Positions 26,674-28,861 of a DNA stretch of 28,861 bases are shown in pieces; positions within the stretch are counted from its first letter, which is position 1, and each line of letters begins with the position of its first letter. Position numbers and translations under genes: made by a program. The DNA lies in the IMG/VR virus record IMGVR_UViG_2695420523_000005; one strand, written 5' to 3'. The stretch is from a virus. Taxonomy: Duplodnaviria > Heunggongvirae > Uroviricota > Caudoviricetes. The notes below the pieces were generated by a model. That model was not told the origin of the DNA, ran no database searches, and saw only the letters and a program-made list of their open reading frames with translations.

Positions 26674-26694
26674 TAGATAATTACTTACCTATCG
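26674..26694. promoter_or_regulatory. Junction motif tagataattacttacctatcg overlapping the large terminase stop, upstream of the portal start
   Basis: Near-identical to 23251..23268; same TACTTAC core as 985..997, 6261..6279 and 13171..13194. Confidence 0.4.
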
Positions 26695-27945
26695 AGAACC
26701 ACCAAGAATAACACGGTTTTTGACTGGATACCTACGATGTACTGGATAGCCCAATGCGTCTGCACTATGCTCAATGCCACCTGTCTTATCCATATCTCGT
26801 GTTCCAGGCTTGTAGATGACTTTTTCCAGTGAATCAATCAAATGCTTGCACTTCGGATCGATATACAGCCGGATATCTCCAGATGCGGACATCAGCATTC
26901 GGTTAACAGCATTAACACGATCCGCAATTGGCGGGTGCTTTTTCGAATAATCGACACGTAAGAATCCCTTCTCTTTGAATATGTCTACGTCAGACTCCCC
27001 ACGAGCATGTTGGCGATAAGCACCTGCCGGATCTGGAAATACCGTTACCTGTGATTTCCAGCGCCAGAAGCGTCTCTCAAGCTCATCACAAACTTCTGCC
27101 GTGTTAGAGGAAAAGAGCACCAATTCATCAATTGCCCATAGCTCACCATTTGGCTGAGGTTGCAAAATTACTGAAGACATCGGGTCAATGTTGAAGTCCT
27201 GCCCTACCCATATAGGCAACCGAGGGTTGAACTGAAGCGGTTTTACATGCACGTTACGATCGAACGGGTAGTAAACGCGCCCGGACATGTTCTCAAAGCT
27301 GGCCAGGTACTCCTGAGCGAACGATTTGGGGTCCATATCGTTCTTAGCAGCTTCAATTTCCGCCGTAGGTACAAACGGAGAATCGGCAGTTACAAACTGC
27401 CAGCTCTTCCACTGTCCCTTTCTTTGCAGCTCTACGTTCTGGCCTATCGTCCACAGTTTGTGAAATTCCGAGAAGCCTTTTGGCGTACCAATGATCAGTG
27501 CACCGCCGCGTGTCGATGAAAGAGTAGGTCGTAACACCTTGTACCAGGTGTCAGCCTTCATATCCTGAAATTCATCAAGCACTACAAAATGCAACGCTAC
27601 GCCGCGCAGAGTGTCAGGCTTATCAGCACCTTTGAGGGCGATCTCCGAACCGTTCTTCAACACGATTGTCATCGTGGTGTCGTTCTTTTTCCTAACCCAC
27701 TTACGAGGCAGAACTTCCTGTAGATCGTCCCACAAAATCTGGCGAGCCATCTGGTAAGTAGGAGCGACATACCAGACCCTTTGCTTTTTTTCCTTTGCCG
27801 CCGCACGAATAATAGTGGAGATCGACAACCGAGATTTTCCCCAGCGTCGACCAGCACAAACAACTTTAAATCGATGCGGAGACTGGAAGACTTTCATCTG
27901 TCCAGAATGCAGTTGCACAAGACTGAGCGAGGACGGGATTGCCAT
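26689..27945 (-). CDS. Terminase large subunit
   Basis: N-terminal Walker A-like motif (CAGRRWGKS) followed by an acidic DE-type segment (FVVLDEFQDM); start ATG overlaps the terS stop (TAATG). Confidence 0.85.
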   Translation of the reverse strand: MAIPSSLSLVQLHSGQMKVFQSPHRFKVVCAGRRWGKSRLSISTIIRAAAKEKKQRVWYVAPTYQMARQILWDDLQEVLPRKWVRKKNDTTMTIVLKNGSEIALKGADKPDTLRGVALHFVVLDEFQDMKADTWYKVLRPTLSSTRGGALIIGTPKGFSEFHKLWTIGQNVELQRKGQWKSWQFVTADSPFVPTAEIEAAKNDMDPKSFAQEYLASFENMSGRVYYPFDRNVHVKPLQFNPRLPIWVGQDFNIDPMSSVILQPQPNGELWAIDELVLFSSNTAEVCDELERRFWRWKSQVTVFPDPAGAYRQHARGESDVDIFKEKGFLRVDYSKKHPPIADRVNAVNRMLMSASGDIRLYIDPKCKHLIDSLEKVIYKPGTRDMDKTGGIEHSADALGYPVHRRYPVKNRVILGGSR

Positions 27946-28577
27946 TATTCGTCCTCCCCTTCACTTCCATCATCTGTCGCATCAAATTCGCTTAGAGCTT
28001 CTTCTTCCAACGTCTCAAGCAATTCGTCATCGATGATTTCAGGCTCGTCGTCTTCCTGACGTAATTTCGCCACCTGGGAAGGCGTAAGCTCACCAAATAC
28101 CAGGTTCGGAATTTCTTCCTCGTCATTTTCCGCATGATCCATGCCCAATGCTTTGGACGAAACTTCAAAGCATTTTGCAAGGGTATTACTGGCTCTCTGT
28201 AAGCTCTTGAGAGAATCCTCAATCGCCCCTAAAGGCTTACCCTCACGTTTGGCCGTAGTGACTTCGACCATCACCATCTGCCCCAACGCATACGCCCAGC
28301 CGTCATAATGTGTACGACGTTCTTCTATCTTTTCCGCACGGGCTTTAGCGCGAAGCTCCGCGTCAGATTTAAGAGACTCACGAACCATCTTCCCAACAGA
28401 GTCCGCGCCTTTCTCTAATCCTCGCTTTTTGAAATGTCTGGAGAGTGTTTCACGACGAATGCCGTACTCTTCCTCCAGCTTTGAGAGTGTATATTCGCCT
28501 GACGTCCATTTGGCTTCAGCTTCGGCCCACTCCGCTGGTGTCAGGCGAGTTTTTACCTCGTCTTTTTCGACCGTCAT
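27945..28577 (-). CDS. Terminase small subunit (N-terminal HTH-like DNA-binding region, acidic C-terminus)
   Basis: 210-aa ORF directly upstream of and coupled to the large terminase; ATG 28577 with GAGGG upstream; C-terminus very acidic (DDGSEGEDE). Confidence 0.65.
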   Translation of the reverse strand: MTVEKDEVKTRLTPAEWAEAEAKWTSGEYTLSKLEEEYGIRRETLSRHFKKRGLEKGADSVGKMVRESLKSDAELRAKARAEKIEERRTHYDGWAYALGQMVMVEVTTAKREGKPLGAIEDSLKSLQRASNTLAKCFEVSSKALGMDHAENDEEEIPNLVFGELTPSQVAKLRQEDDEPEIIDDELLETLEEEALSEFDATDDGSEGEDE

Positions 28578-28582
28578 AGATC

Positions 28583-28656
28583 CCTCTAAAACACACAGAG
28601 CGCGTCCATGCGCTCTAAAACAACTTGTTTACTGCATCTGCTAACCAACTTGTTTT
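28583..28656. promoter_or_regulatory. Direct-repeat cluster and stem-loop immediately upstream of terS (candidate packaging or late-regulatory site)
   Basis: ctctaaaaca at 28584 and 28613 flanking hairpin agagcgc gtccat gcgctct (28598..28617); caacttgttt at 28621 and 28646. Confidence 0.4.
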
Positions 28657-28692
28657 CTGGGGTGTTTAATTAGGTCTGGCATGTCTTACGAA

Positions 28693-28746
28693 GCCTGCTT
28701 CCGTATATATTTAATAAGTTACTTATTATTTATATATACAGAAGCA
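28693..28746. promoter_or_regulatory. Long AT-rich imperfect palindrome upstream of terS, abutting the IS1 end
   Basis: cctgcttccgtatatatttaataag / cttattatttatatatacagaagcagg are near reverse complements around a ttac centre; the last two bases of the right arm belong to the IS1 terminus. Confidence 0.45.
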
Positions 28747-28861
28747 GGTAATGACTCCAACTTATTGATAGTGTTTTATGTTCAGATAATGCCCGATGAC
28801 TTTGTCATGCAGCTCCACCGATTTTGAGAACGACAGCGACTTCCGTCCCAGCCGTGCCAGG
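28747..28861 (-). mobile_element. IS1 terminal fragment (inverted-repeat end plus 3' end of insB), truncated by the window edge
   Basis: 28747.. reads GGTAATGACTCCAACTTATTGATAGTGTTTTATGTTCAGATAATGCCCGATGACTTTGTCATGCAGCTCCACCG..., which I recognise as the reverse complement of the IS1 right end. insB stop codon at 28763..28765 on the minus strand. Confidence 0.9.

Noticed and set aside
28583-28625. Minus-strand sequence GTTTTAGAGCGCATGGACGCGCTCTGTGTGTTTTAGAGG resembles the start of a type II CRISPR repeat (GTTTTAGAGC)
   Set aside because: Only two short copies about 29 bp apart, no array of regularly spaced identical repeats and no cas genes. More simply explained as direct repeats flanking a hairpin in the terS upstream region.

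Overview
The window is almost entirely one minus-strand late (morphogenesis) operon of a lambda-like siphovirus, most likely a prophage in an enterobacterial chromosome, because the 3' end (28747..28861) is a terminal fragment of insertion sequence IS1. Reading 5'->3' on the minus strand (high to low coordinates): small terminase, large terminase, portal, scaffold, major capsid protein, a protein with three Ig-like (Big_2) repeats, five small head-tail joining proteins, major tail protein, tail assembly chaperones G and G-T (-1 frameshift), tape measure, M, L, K, I, a J-like tip protein with an expanded tandem-repeat insert, a lambda Stf-like side tail fiber, then a low-GC accessory block (two coupled unknown ORFs, a Cor/Llp-like lipoprotein, a tail-anchored membrane protein and a conserved RNNNPGN-motif protein). 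Homology calls rest on motifs I recognise by eye and on lambda sequences recalled from memory; no database search was run. All ORF-track ORFs on the plus strand appear to be antisense artefacts. The features not explained by the gene list are (i) a recurrent junction architecture of stop codon, AT-rich imperfect palindrome (core TACTTAC), GC-rich stem-loop, SD, start, (ii) direct repeats and a palindrome upstream of terS abutting the IS1 end, and (iii) the distal accessory block at 33..2097, which is the most likely place for an uncharacterised function (superinfection exclusion, receptor binding or lysis).
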